Source of the DNA: Opitutia bacterium
GTDB lineage: Bacteria; Verrucomicrobiota; Verrucomicrobiia; Opitutales; T3Sed10-336
Assembly: GCA_050506795.1 (NCBI GenBank)
Contig: JBJHCF010000003.1
Span: 96,001 to 160,000 of the forward strand
Direction of reading: 5' to 3'
DNA: 64,000 nt
The translations under genes and the position numbers were made by a program. Position 1 is the stretch's first letter, and the number at the start of each line of letters is the position of its first letter. Under the pieces are notes generated by a model. That model saw only the letters and a list, made by a program, of their open reading frames with translations, had not been told where the DNA came from and ran no database searches. This document shows positions 29,359-38,993 of the stretch, in pieces.

Positions 29359-31713
29359 ATGCCACGCCTGTCCAGCATTCTTATGGGGTTGTTCGTACTG
29401 GTGCTTCTCCTCCCAACAGCGGGAGCGACCACCAGGAAGCTGGATCTTTTCGGGCCGGCGCCATTGACGCAGCCATTGTCCCACCTCCTGGAACGTTTCG
29501 AGCAGGCGAACCCGGGGGTGCGGGTGGTGGTGGCGCAGAACGCCTCGGGCGACCAAACCGCCGACCCGACCCGTTTCCTGGTTTCGGTGGCCGGCGGACA
29601 GCCGCCGGATTTGATCATCTTCGACCGTTACGCGGTCGCGGAATGGGCGGCGCGCAACGCTTTTCTGCCGCTGGACGAGTTTATCGAACGGGAGCGGGAA
29701 AGCGGTGACGGCTGGATTGTTCCGGAGAACTATTTCCTGACCGCCTGGGACGAGGGCACCTGGGAGGACCGGGTATATGGAATTCCCATGACGGTGGACG
29801 TGCGACTGCTGTTTTACAATCGCGACGAACTTGCCGCCGCCGGGTACGTGGACGAACGGGGCGAGGCGCGCCCTCCGGCCACCTGGAGCGAACTGCGCGA
29901 AATGGCGGTCGAGTTGTCGCAGTGGGGACCCCGGGGGAATCTGGTTCGGGCGGGCTTTATCCCCACTGTCGGTGACGCCCACCTTTACCTCTATGGGTGG
30001 CTCAATGGCGCCCGGTTTGTGGACGATTTGGGGCGGCCTTCATTTCAGGATCCAAGGATACTGGAAGCGCTCACCTTCATGACCGACCTCTACGAGGAGC
30101 TCGGGGGGTACCGCGACGTGACGGCGTTCGAACAGACCTTCCGTTTTGGTACCGGGGATCCTTTTGTTAATGAGCAGGTGCTCATGATGATCACCCACAG
30201 CATGTACTTTGAAACCATCTCGGCCTATGCCCCGGATTTCAACTGGGGTGTGGCGCCGCTGCCGCTTTCCGACTCGATGGCGGCCGCGGGAGCCGATCCG
30301 GTCACGTGGTCGGGCGGGTTCTGTTTTGCCATTCCGGTGAACTCCCGCGATCCCGAACTGGCCTGGGAATTGATTCGCTGGCTGACCTCGGAGGAAGCGG
30401 CCCTGCTGCAAGGGGAAATCCAGGTGGAGCATCAGCGGGCGCAAGGTCGCCTGGGGTTGGTGTCGCCAAGCCCCAACATTCATGTGAACCAACTTCTGAT
30501 GGAGCGTTTCACCCGTGACCTGCCGCCGGCGTTCCGGGCCGGTTACGAGCTGTTTGAGGAACTCATCCCGCACAGTCATTTCCGTCCCAAGACTCCCGTG
30601 GGACAGCGCATGTGGCACGAACAGCTCAACGCTACCGACCAGGCCTTGTATGGGAACCTCACTCCGGCGCAGGCATTGCTCCGCGCCCAGGAGAATCTGG
30701 AGGAGGCACAGGAGCAGTTCGCTTTTTTCCAGGAAAGCGGAGCCATCATTCGCTGGGGACTGGTGTTGCCGGTATTTGGAATCCTGATCGTGATTTGTTT
30801 CGCTTCCATTTATCGATTCGGCGGCGGGCAATTGAGCGGAGAACAGTATATGCGCGAGGGTTGGGCCGGGTACCTGTTCGCTTCGCCATGGTTGATCGGT
30901 TTCTTCTTCCTGACCTTCGGAACCATGCTCTTTACCATCCTGATCAGCTTTGGTCGTTACGACCTGATCAACCCCGCCGAATGGATGGGCACCCGCAATT
31001 ACAGTTATCTGATGCAGGACGAGTTGTTCTGGAAATCACTGTGGAATACCACCTTCATGGTGATTGGCGTGCCGCTCGGCATGGCGCTCGGACTGGGATT
31101 CGCATTGCTGGTCGTGCGGGAGATCAAATTCGCTCCCATGTGGACCACCCTGATCTACCTTCCCAGCATTATCCCGATTGTGGCCGCCTCGATCGTGTGG
31201 ATCGAGATTCTGGGCGCCAACACGGGTCTGATCAACCAGATGCTGGCCGCGGTTGGCGTCGACGGCCCCAACTGGCTCGGCGATGCCCGCATGAGCAAAC
31301 CGGCGCTTATCATGATGGGATTGTGGGTGAGCGGCGGAAGTATTGTTATATGGATCGCCGGATTGCGGGAGATTCCGCGCAGTTACTACGAAGCGGCCGA
31401 ACTCGACGGGGCCGGTTACTGGCGGCAACTGTTTGCGGTCACCCTGCCATTGCTGACGCCCTACATTCTTTTCAATTTGATTATGGGTCTGATTGGAACC
31501 TTCCGCATCTTCGACCAGGCTTACATCATGACTTCCGGCGGTCCGGTGAACTCGACGCTGTTCTATGCGTATTACCTGTTCAATCAGGCTTTCCGTTTCT
31601 TGAATATGGGAGTCGCGTCGGCGATGGCGTGGATTCTTTTTATCGTGGTGGTCTCCCTGACCATCTGGCAAATGGTCCTTTCCAGGAGGTGGGTGCACTA
31701 TGAAGGGTCGTAG
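29359..31713 (+). CDS. Sugar ABC transporter: substrate-binding domain fused to permease
   Basis: N-terminal extracellular solute-binding region (YGIPMTVDVRLLFYNR, WSGGF); C-terminal permease with EAA motif YYEAAELDGA. Confidence 0.88.
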   Translation: MPRLSSILMGLFVLVLLLPTAGATTRKLDLFGPAPLTQPLSHLLERFEQANPGVRVVVAQNASGDQTADPTRFLVSVAGGQPPDLIIFDRYAVAEWAARNAFLPLDEFIERERESGDGWIVPENYFLTAWDEGTWEDRVYGIPMTVDVRLLFYNRDELAAAGYVDERGEARPPATWSELREMAVELSQWGPRGNLVRAGFIPTVGDAHLYLYGWLNGARFVDDLGRPSFQDPRILEALTFMTDLYEELGGYRDVTAFEQTFRFGTGDPFVNEQVLMMITHSMYFETISAYAPDFNWGVAPLPLSDSMAAAGADPVTWSGGFCFAIPVNSRDPELAWELIRWLTSEEAALLQGEIQVEHQRAQGRLGLVSPSPNIHVNQLLMERFTRDLPPAFRAGYELFEELIPHSHFRPKTPVGQRMWHEQLNATDQALYGNLTPAQALLRAQENLEEAQEQFAFFQESGAIIRWGLVLPVFGILIVICFASIYRFGGGQLSGEQYMREGWAGYLFASPWLIGFFFLTFGTMLFTILISFGRYDLINPAEWMGTRNYSYLMQDELFWKSLWNTTFMVIGVPLGMALGLGFALLVVREIKFAPMWTTLIYLPSIIPIVAASIVWIEILGANTGLINQMLAAVGVDGPNWLGDARMSKPALIMMGLWVSGGSIVIWIAGLREIPRSYYEAAELDGAGYWRQLFAVTLPLLTPYILFNLIMGLIGTFRIFDQAYIMTSGGPVNSTLFYAYYLFNQAFRFLNMGVASAMAWILFIVVVSLTIWQMVLSRRWVHYEGS

Positions 31714-33283
31714 TTGGTTTGTGGAGGCGGTTCTGTACGGACTGCTGATTCTCATCGGGGCCGTGTTTTCGCTGCCTCTGATCTATATGATGCTGATCTC
31801 GGTCAAGGTGGATCGGGAGTTCATGGAGGTGGGACGTGTCTTTCCGGCAATTCCGAATCCGTCAGCGTACTCTCCCTTTCTGGCCGATGAAATTGCGGAC
31901 GCCGAGGAGATGTGGAGAGACCGGTGGTTACGGGAATTGGAGGAGGTGCACGGCGCCGCTATTCCCCGGGACCTTGCGCTGGCGGTGGCCGCGGAGGCGG
32001 CGGAGCTCAATCGCGGCGCCGAGATCACTTCGCGGGAGCAGGTCGAGTTTGTTCTCGACCGGGCCTGGCGGCGTCAGGTGCGGGAACTCCTGGTAGCCCA
32101 GCCTGTATTGCGTTCCCGCGATCGCCAGACTTTCCTTTACGAATCGGAAGGGTGGGTAATCGCCGGAGACGGGCCTGAGGCGCGGGTGGCGCCCCCGTAC
32201 CGGGAGATGGCGGATCGGGTGTTGGTGGAGTACGATTTCCGCGAAGGAGGTGACGCCTTCGCACTGAGGATGCGTCTGCAAATGAATGAAGAGGATACCG
32301 GGAGTATCGACGAAATCGTACTTCCGGTACACGCGGATGATTCGTGGCACCGGACCTACATCACCCTGGAAACAGAGGAAGGCGTTTGGCGATCCCCGGC
32401 GCCGTTTTATCTGCTCCTGAGCAGCGGAGGCTGGAGCGATCTCACCTGGCGCAAGCCCGACTTTACCGGTTCGCGTTTCGCCTTCGAGTATTTCAAACCC
32501 ATGCGACCTTCCGGCATGCCGCGTTCCGACCTTCAGCCGGGAGAAGTGATTCTGACCCTGGAGGTGGAAAAAAGCAGTCGCTTGCGGGCTATATGGGGGA
32601 AGGCGGCGCGCAATTACGAAATGGTGTTCGCGGCAATGCCGTTCGCCCGTTACCTGGTCAACAGTTTCATTCTGGTTATTCTCAACATAATCGCGGCGCT
32701 CATCAGCTGTTCGCTGGCCGGGTACGCTTTCGCCCGGCTCCGCTGGCGCGGGCGTCAGGTGTATTTTATCATCATGTTGGCCACCATGGCGATTCCCCCG
32801 CAGGTGACCATGGTCCCGACCTTTATCATCATGCGCCACCTCGGGTTTTATAATACCTATTTGCCGCTGGTTCTGCCCTCGATGATCGCGGTGCCGTTTT
32901 TTGTGTTCCTGCTCCGCCAATTTCTGATGAACGTGCCGCGGGATCTGGAGGACGCGGCGGTGATGGACGGGTGTTCGCACTTCCGCATCTATTGGAATGT
33001 GATGCTTCCGTTGATTCGTCCCACCCTGGTCATTGTGGCGCTGTTCAGCTTCATTTTCGCCTGGAACGATTTTCTGGGTCCCCTGATTTATCTCAGTGAC
33101 CAGAATCTCTACCCGGTTTCCCTGGGCATCTTCGCTTTTCAGAGTTATGCCACCGAGATCGGTTTGGGCAGTCCGGCGATCATGATGGCCGCCTCCACCC
33201 TGATGGTGGTGCCGGTGATCCTGGTGTTCTTCTTCGCCCAGCGCTACTTCGTGCAGGGAATCAAGATGACCGGATTGAAGTAA
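31700..33283 (+). CDS. Sugar ABC transporter permease with large extracytoplasmic insertion
   Basis: AGYAFARLRW, LEDAAVMDG, WNDFLGPLIY. Confidence 0.88.
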   Translation: MKGRSWFVEAVLYGLLILIGAVFSLPLIYMMLISVKVDREFMEVGRVFPAIPNPSAYSPFLADEIADAEEMWRDRWLRELEEVHGAAIPRDLALAVAAEAAELNRGAEITSREQVEFVLDRAWRRQVRELLVAQPVLRSRDRQTFLYESEGWVIAGDGPEARVAPPYREMADRVLVEYDFREGGDAFALRMRLQMNEEDTGSIDEIVLPVHADDSWHRTYITLETEEGVWRSPAPFYLLLSSGGWSDLTWRKPDFTGSRFAFEYFKPMRPSGMPRSDLQPGEVILTLEVEKSSRLRAIWGKAARNYEMVFAAMPFARYLVNSFILVILNIIAALISCSLAGYAFARLRWRGRQVYFIIMLATMAIPPQVTMVPTFIIMRHLGFYNTYLPLVLPSMIAVPFFVFLLRQFLMNVPRDLEDAAVMDGCSHFRIYWNVMLPLIRPTLVIVALFSFIFAWNDFLGPLIYLSDQNLYPVSLGIFAFQSYATEIGLGSPAIMMAASTLMVVPVILVFFFAQRYFVQGIKMTGLK

Positions 33284-33297
33284 AGAGCGAAGGCCGG

Positions 33298-35673
33298 CTA
33301 ACGGAAAAGAAAGACGCCCTGCCTTGGGGTTTCAGTTTCCGGATCCTGGTTGTTCTTTTCGTAGCGGCCTTCGTTTGCGGAATCGAAGGTCAGCAGGAGT
33401 TCATCCTCCAGGATTGCCCCGGGGTCGCCGACCGGGGCGAGAAGGAGCGTGATTTGCGCCCGGCGGGAATCGATAATCTCATAACGGTAGCTGCCGGCCT
33501 CGTCGGAAAGGGGGACTGTGATTTCACCGTCCTCACCGAACTCGATCGTGTACCTCAGGCCCGGCCCGGTTTCCTGGTCCGCGTCCTCCAGGAGGATAAG
33601 CTCGAGGCCCGGTTCGAAGGCATTAGGATCGAGCCGAAACGCGGTCACATCGTTTCTGGCATGATGAAACAAGCGTACCCAAACATCCGGAACCTGTGCG
33701 CCGTTTTCCTCGCGGTAACTGCTGAACCACTGTCGCCGCGGGAAAAGGGGAGAGTCCGGGTAAAAGTAGAACCAGCCGACCTGGTGGACGTACACGAATG
33801 GGTAGGTCTCCCCGGTCATGTAGGTCCAGCGCTGTTGGCTGTGTCGCCAGAACCAACCGGTTCCGGACCAGTAGAGCCAGCCGTGTTGATCGTGGAATAA
33901 CCAGCCCTCGACAGCATCGATATCGAAGGTGTTGTTGAGCGCCAAGGTTCCGAGCCAGCGGGATTCGACCTGTCGGCCGGCGGTCATCCGGTCCGGCTGT
34001 TCCAGATCGAAGAAGGAAGCGATTCTTTCTTCCGGGGACGAGGAGTCGGGTGGAAAGGCGGTCTGAATGGAGCCGTTGTTTCTCGGGCTGTATCGAAATT
34101 TTGGCCACGGTCCTGCAAACAGCGGGCCTTCGCCGTTGAGAGCGTAAACGCGGTGGTTCCAGGAGCCGAAATAGATGGTCCCGTCGTCGCCGATCGCCGG
34201 AGCCGACTCGATCCGGGCGGCGGTTTCAAAGGACCAGATCGGCTCGCCGGTATCGCCGTCAAGGGCGTAGAGATGCCGGTCGCTGGAGCCGATGTAAACC
34301 GTGTTGTCGGCGCCGACTGCCGCTGAGGCCTGGTCAATGACGCCGCCGGTCTCATAACTCCAGATCGTTTCACCGTTACTCGTATCTATCGCGTAGATAC
34401 GACGATCGTTAGATCCCACAAAGAGTCTTTCGCCACTTCCCAGAACCGGTGACGAGTACACGGCCCCGCCGGTTCTCACCGACCAGAGCTCTTCTCCGGT
34501 CTGTCCGTCGAGGGCGTAGAGATGCCGGTCTCCGGAGCCGATGTAAACCGTTCCGTCGCTCCCGATGGCCGGGGACGAATAAACCAGACCAGAAGTGTTG
34601 AACGTCCAGATCTCTTCACCGGTGGCGCTGTTTAAGGCGTAGACGTTGCGATCGGCCGAGCCGACGTAAAGAATTCCGTTCCGGCCGATCGCGGGTGAGG
34701 ATCTCACGTTGTCCCCGGTGGCAAAGGTCCATAATTCCTCGCCAGTCGTTCCGTCAATGGCGTAAACGTAACCGTCGGCGGAACCCACGTAAACCGCGCC
34801 CGTCATTCCGATGGCCGGCGACGACTCCACCTGTCCCCCGGTTTCGAAGGCCCACAGTTCTTCTCCCGTGGCCCCCGCGATGGCGTAAACATGCCGGTCG
34901 GAGGAACCGACATAAACCGTGCCGTCCGTACGAATGGCCGGGGTGGAATTCACCATCCACCCGGTGGGAAAGGCCCAGCGTTCCTCGCCACTGACACCGT
35001 CAAGGGCGTAAAGCCGTCCGTCGCGGGACCCGATGCAAACCGTTCCGTCGGGACCGATCGCCGCCGAGGACTGGATGCCGCTGTTCGTTTCAAAGAACCA
35101 TTTCAGCGATCCGGGCCCGATCGTGTTCGCCACTTCGGTTCTCCCGCCCATAAATTCGTCGGTATCGCGGATTACGACGGTCCAGGCGAGTATAGAGCCC
35201 ACCTCAAAAATTTCATCGACGGTATCGTAAACGAACAAGCCTTCGAAGGCGTCGCCCGGAGCGATAGTGATGTCGGTCAAGGTGGCATCGATCTCGCGGC
35301 CGGTTCCACTGAGCCTCAGGTCGACGAAGGGAATTGTCCCGGCACTTCCGCCGGAGTTTGTGATCACGAACCGGACCTCCAGGGGGTCTCTCAAATCGAT
35401 GAACACCGGACTGGTGGCCTCAGTCAGGGTAAAAAAGCCCGGCAAACCCTGAACGGATGCCGCGTGGCCTATGGGTTCGCTGTCAATCTGCGGAAAAAGA
35501 TTGGGTTCGCAGTTCGTGACCAAATCCGATCCCTCGCTCCGGATGGTTGCCGGGGACAGTATTTCATCTTCGGTGAGTAAAGACCGTTTCTCCGTAACCG
35601 GCTCGCCCGGCAGTGTCGGGGAAAGGGTCAGCAAACCGAAGGCGCTGAGGCAGAGGAGCAATGTGGATTTCAT
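33298..35673 (-). CDS. Secreted PQQ-like beta-propeller repeat protein with Trp-rich C-terminal domain
   Basis: Start ATG 35673 (MKSTLLLCLSAFGLL); about eight SSPAIGxDGTVYxGSxDxxxYAxD repeats; GWLFHDQHGWLYW...TYPFVY...GWFYF. Confidence 0.85.
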   Translation of the reverse strand: MKSTLLLCLSAFGLLTLSPTLPGEPVTEKRSLLTEDEILSPATIRSEGSDLVTNCEPNLFPQIDSEPIGHAASVQGLPGFFTLTEATSPVFIDLRDPLEVRFVITNSGGSAGTIPFVDLRLSGTGREIDATLTDITIAPGDAFEGLFVYDTVDEIFEVGSILAWTVVIRDTDEFMGGRTEVANTIGPGSLKWFFETNSGIQSSAAIGPDGTVCIGSRDGRLYALDGVSGEERWAFPTGWMVNSTPAIRTDGTVYVGSSDRHVYAIAGATGEELWAFETGGQVESSPAIGMTGAVYVGSADGYVYAIDGTTGEELWTFATGDNVRSSPAIGRNGILYVGSADRNVYALNSATGEEIWTFNTSGLVYSSPAIGSDGTVYIGSGDRHLYALDGQTGEELWSVRTGGAVYSSPVLGSGERLFVGSNDRRIYAIDTSNGETIWSYETGGVIDQASAAVGADNTVYIGSSDRHLYALDGDTGEPIWSFETAARIESAPAIGDDGTIYFGSWNHRVYALNGEGPLFAGPWPKFRYSPRNNGSIQTAFPPDSSSPEERIASFFDLEQPDRMTAGRQVESRWLGTLALNNTFDIDAVEGWLFHDQHGWLYWSGTGWFWRHSQQRWTYMTGETYPFVYVHQVGWFYFYPDSPLFPRRQWFSSYREENGAQVPDVWVRLFHHARNDVTAFRLDPNAFEPGLELILLEDADQETGPGLRYTIEFGEDGEITVPLSDEAGSYRYEIIDSRRAQITLLLAPVGDPGAILEDELLLTFDSANEGRYEKNNQDPETETPRQGVFLFR

Positions 35674-35864
35674 GGGATCGGGCTGATCGCAAGATCGGGA
35701 AGCGGGTTGACCGAAGGTTTGGAGCCTGCGGACGACAGGAAGGATTATGGGCGTATTGGAATAGGAATTGGGTCTGGTGGCAAGGCAATCCGATCGATAC
35801 AGTCTCCGGGCCCGAGGCTGTATCATTTGGTATCTGAAGGACGGATGAAAAAGCATTTTAGATC

Positions 35865-36048
35865 GAATAGCCTCGGTTAAGAGCCTGTGTCGTAGTAACG
35901 CCGGCAAAGGCGTCGCCTCCGTTGCAGGTAAAAAACCAAAGATTCTTTTTCTCTCACGGAGGCACAAAGCACACAAAGAATGCCTCCGTGCCTTGGTGCC
36001 CTTGTGAGATAATCAGACCGTATGAACCGCCTTAACCAAGTACCATTC
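35865..36048. mobile_element. Second, more degenerate copy of the IS4-like MITE family
   Basis: Ends GAATAGCCTCGGTTAAG ... CCTTAACCAAGTACCATTC; internal CTCACGGAGGCAC...GTGCCCTTGTGAG hairpin; no clear target duplication. Confidence 0.65.
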
Positions 36049-36155
36049 ATCCCAGTGCCATTGGGAGTCGTGGTTTCCAGCAGGCCGATTGTAACGGACC
36101 GGCCAAAATTAAGTTGAGCCCGGCTCCCGGCCCCGGCACAAAGGAGGGCGTTGCT

Positions 36156-38993
36156 ATGGGAGTGGAACGTTGTTTTCTGGCGCCGGAAATACCCCTGCCG
36201 TCATCCGCGGTGGAATTTCTGGCCCGTGAATGGACCTCCGGTCACCTGGATTTGCGGGAGTGGCTGGTGGTGGTGTCGAGCCGTCAGGCCGGGAGGCGTT
36301 TGCGCGAGGGGCTGGCGGCGCTGGCGGCCGGACGGGGGGCGGCGGTTTTCCCACCGCTGGTGGTGACGCCCGAGTTCCTGCTCACCTTCGGCGAGCAGGG
36401 AGGGAGGGTAGCGACGTCCCCGGATACTTTGCTGGCCTGGACAGAGGTTTTGCGGGGGATCGACTTTTCCTCCTTCGGCGCACTCTTTCCCGCGCCTCCG
36501 CGACGTCCCGATTTTTCCTGGGCTTTGGCCACCGGGAGGGAACTGGCCCGGGTCAAGCGGCTGTTGGCCGAGGGCGGGCTCGGTATGCGGGATGTTGAGA
36601 CGCGGGCGCCGGACGGATTTGGCGAGAACGAGCGCTGGCGCGCCCTGGCGGAGTTGGAGCGTCGTTATCGGGAAATGCTGAAAACCCATGGCCTGACGGA
36701 TCCGGACGAGGCCAAGATCGCGCGGGCGGCGAATCCGGTGACGCCGGATTCGGTGAAACGAATTGTGCTGCTGGCGGTGCCCGATCCTCTGCCGCTGGCG
36801 GTGGAGGCGCTGCAAAAGCTGAGTGAAACGCTTCCCGTCGTGGTGGCGATTCACGCCGACGCGAAGGACCGCGACGCTTTTGACGGGTGGGGGCGCCCGG
36901 TGGCGGAAGTGTGGGAGCAAAGGGTGGAGGATTGGGATTCGGGTGAGGATATGTTTTTCCCCTGCAGCGATGCAGCCGCGCAGGCGCGAACCGCCGGGCT
37001 CCTGCTCAGTGAATGCCAGGACCCGGCACGATCCGCCGCGCTGGGTGCGGCCGATCCCACGGTGATTCCATTCCTGGACCGGTCCTTGCCCCGCGATTGC
37101 GACCTGGAGGCTTACGATCCGGAAGGGCGCCCGGTGAAGGCGGAGGAACTGTATAACCTGCTCGCTTGTTTTCGGGATTTGTTGCGCGTCCGCGACTATG
37201 GATCCTGCGGTGAGTTGATTCGTTGTCCGGTGGTGATCCGTTACTTCGACCGTCTGTCCGGTTTGCCGCCGTTTCCCGCCTGGCTGCGTATTTGGGAGGA
37301 GTTCGGCGCGGACCATTTGCCCGGAGATCTCGCGGCCGCGCGTGGTTTGGCCCATGCCGAAGCGCGGAGAAATGTCGCGGTTCTGCGAATACACGAAGCC
37401 GTTGAGGAAATGCTCGGGCAATTGGATCGAGCCCCGGTCTGGGAGGCGTTGCCATCGGTGTTGCGGACGTTGCACGGCGACCGCAGTTTCCGCGAAGATG
37501 CGCCGGCGGATCGGCGTTATCTCGCAACCGCGGAAGCGATGATAGGAGTTCTGGAGGAACTGCGCGATTCACCCCTGACCGCCGAGCAGGGGGCGGTTGG
37601 CGGCGACGGCCTCGATCTGTTGCTGGGGCTTCTGGGAGACAAGCATATCGAGGAGGATCGACCGGAGACGGCGATTGACGTGCAGGGGTGGCTCGAGTTG
37701 CCCTGGGAGGAGGCGCCTTTTTTGGTCTTGACCGGCATGAACGAACACCATGTTCCGGAAACCATCGCCGGGGATCCGTTTGTTCCCGAGTCTTTGCGCC
37801 GGCCTCTGGGGTTGAAAAGCAACCGGATGCGCTTCGCCCGCGACCGTTATCTGCTGGAGTCTTTGATTAAGTGTCGACGGGAGAAAGGGAAGGTGGCCAT
37901 TCTCTTTGGAAGATTCGGACCCGAGGGAGAGCCGATGCGTCCGTCGCGCCTGCTGATGCGCTGCTCCCGCGAGGAGCTTCCTCAGCGCGTCAAACATCTC
38001 TTCGCCGACCCTCCAGCGGTTGACCGCCGGTCGGCCTGGAGTCATCCGTGGCGCTTGCGACCTGGCAGGGCGGCGGCGCCGGAAAGGATAAGCGTAACCC
38101 AATTCGGGGCCTACCTGCGCTGTCCTTTTCGATTTTACCTGTCGAATCTGCTGCGAATGGAACCGGTGGATCCTCGCAAGACGGAGATGGACGCGGCGGA
38201 ATTCGGCAGCGCCTGCCATCGGATTCTGGAAGCGTTTGGGCGGGATGAGGAGCTCCGACGCAGTCAGGACGCCGCGAAAATTCGGGCATTCTTCGACGGC
38301 GAATTGGACCGCTTTTTCCACGTTCGCTACGGTCGCGATTTACCGGTGCCGCTTGTGATCCAGAAGGAAGCGATTTCCGGGCGCCTGGCCCGGTTCGCCG
38401 AGGTACAGGCGGAGGAACGGCGGCGCGGCTGGATAATCGAGGAAGTGGAATGGCAATTCCCTGACGACAACACGCTTTGTATCGGAGGTCTGCCGGTGCG
38501 GGGAGTGATCGACCGTATTGAGCGAAACGAAACGGACGGGGCGTATCGGGTCTTGGATTACAAGACCGCCGATCAGGATCGGGAGCCGGAAAAGGATCAT
38601 TTCGTTGAGATCAAAAAAGACGAGGATGCTGAAGGGGTTCCGGAATACGCGCGTTTTGAGCTCGACGGCAAAGCCCACCGGTGGATCGGACTGCAATTGC
38701 CGCTTTATCTGTGGGCCTTGCGCGGGCGCTGCGGTGAGAAAACGGTCTGCGGCTATGTCAATTTGCCGAAAGCGGTGACCGAAACCGGGATCAGTCTCTG
38801 GCGAAACCGCTCGCGGGAGTTGGAGGAATCGGCCCATCGTTGTGCCGAAGGGGTGGTCGCGGATCTGCGGGCGGGAGTTTTCTGGCCGCCCGCTGCAAAA
38901 GTGACGTTCGATGATTTTAAAGAATTATTCTTCGGTGATATCGAAGGCCTGACCGACCCGAGTGACCTGCGCTTCCAGAACTTCGAATCATGA
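36156..38993 (+). CDS. addB: AddB-like inactive helicase / PD-(D/E)XK nuclease subunit
   Basis: RBS AAGGAGG before ATG 36156; ISVTQFGAYLRCPFRFYL, RGVIDRIE, VLDYKT; overlaps addA (ATGA). Confidence 0.8.
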   Translation: MGVERCFLAPEIPLPSSAVEFLAREWTSGHLDLREWLVVVSSRQAGRRLREGLAALAAGRGAAVFPPLVVTPEFLLTFGEQGGRVATSPDTLLAWTEVLRGIDFSSFGALFPAPPRRPDFSWALATGRELARVKRLLAEGGLGMRDVETRAPDGFGENERWRALAELERRYREMLKTHGLTDPDEAKIARAANPVTPDSVKRIVLLAVPDPLPLAVEALQKLSETLPVVVAIHADAKDRDAFDGWGRPVAEVWEQRVEDWDSGEDMFFPCSDAAAQARTAGLLLSECQDPARSAALGAADPTVIPFLDRSLPRDCDLEAYDPEGRPVKAEELYNLLACFRDLLRVRDYGSCGELIRCPVVIRYFDRLSGLPPFPAWLRIWEEFGADHLPGDLAAARGLAHAEARRNVAVLRIHEAVEEMLGQLDRAPVWEALPSVLRTLHGDRSFREDAPADRRYLATAEAMIGVLEELRDSPLTAEQGAVGGDGLDLLLGLLGDKHIEEDRPETAIDVQGWLELPWEEAPFLVLTGMNEHHVPETIAGDPFVPESLRRPLGLKSNRMRFARDRYLLESLIKCRREKGKVAILFGRFGPEGEPMRPSRLLMRCSREELPQRVKHLFADPPAVDRRSAWSHPWRLRPGRAAAPERISVTQFGAYLRCPFRFYLSNLLRMEPVDPRKTEMDAAEFGSACHRILEAFGRDEELRRSQDAAKIRAFFDGELDRFFHVRYGRDLPVPLVIQKEAISGRLARFAEVQAEERRRGWIIEEVEWQFPDDNTLCIGGLPVRGVIDRIERNETDGAYRVLDYKTADQDREPEKDHFVEIKKDEDAEGVPEYARFELDGKAHRWIGLQLPLYLWALRGRCGEKTVCGYVNLPKAVTETGISLWRNRSRELEESAHRCAEGVVADLRAGVFWPPAAKVTFDDFKELFFGDIEGLTDPSDLRFQNFES

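Noticed and set aside
34130..35110. Approximately 120-bp DNA repeats
   Set aside because: Explained by beta-propeller protein repeats.
35674..35976. Upstream extension of the PQQ-repeat ORF
   Set aside because: It runs through the MITE; the signal peptide starts at 35673.
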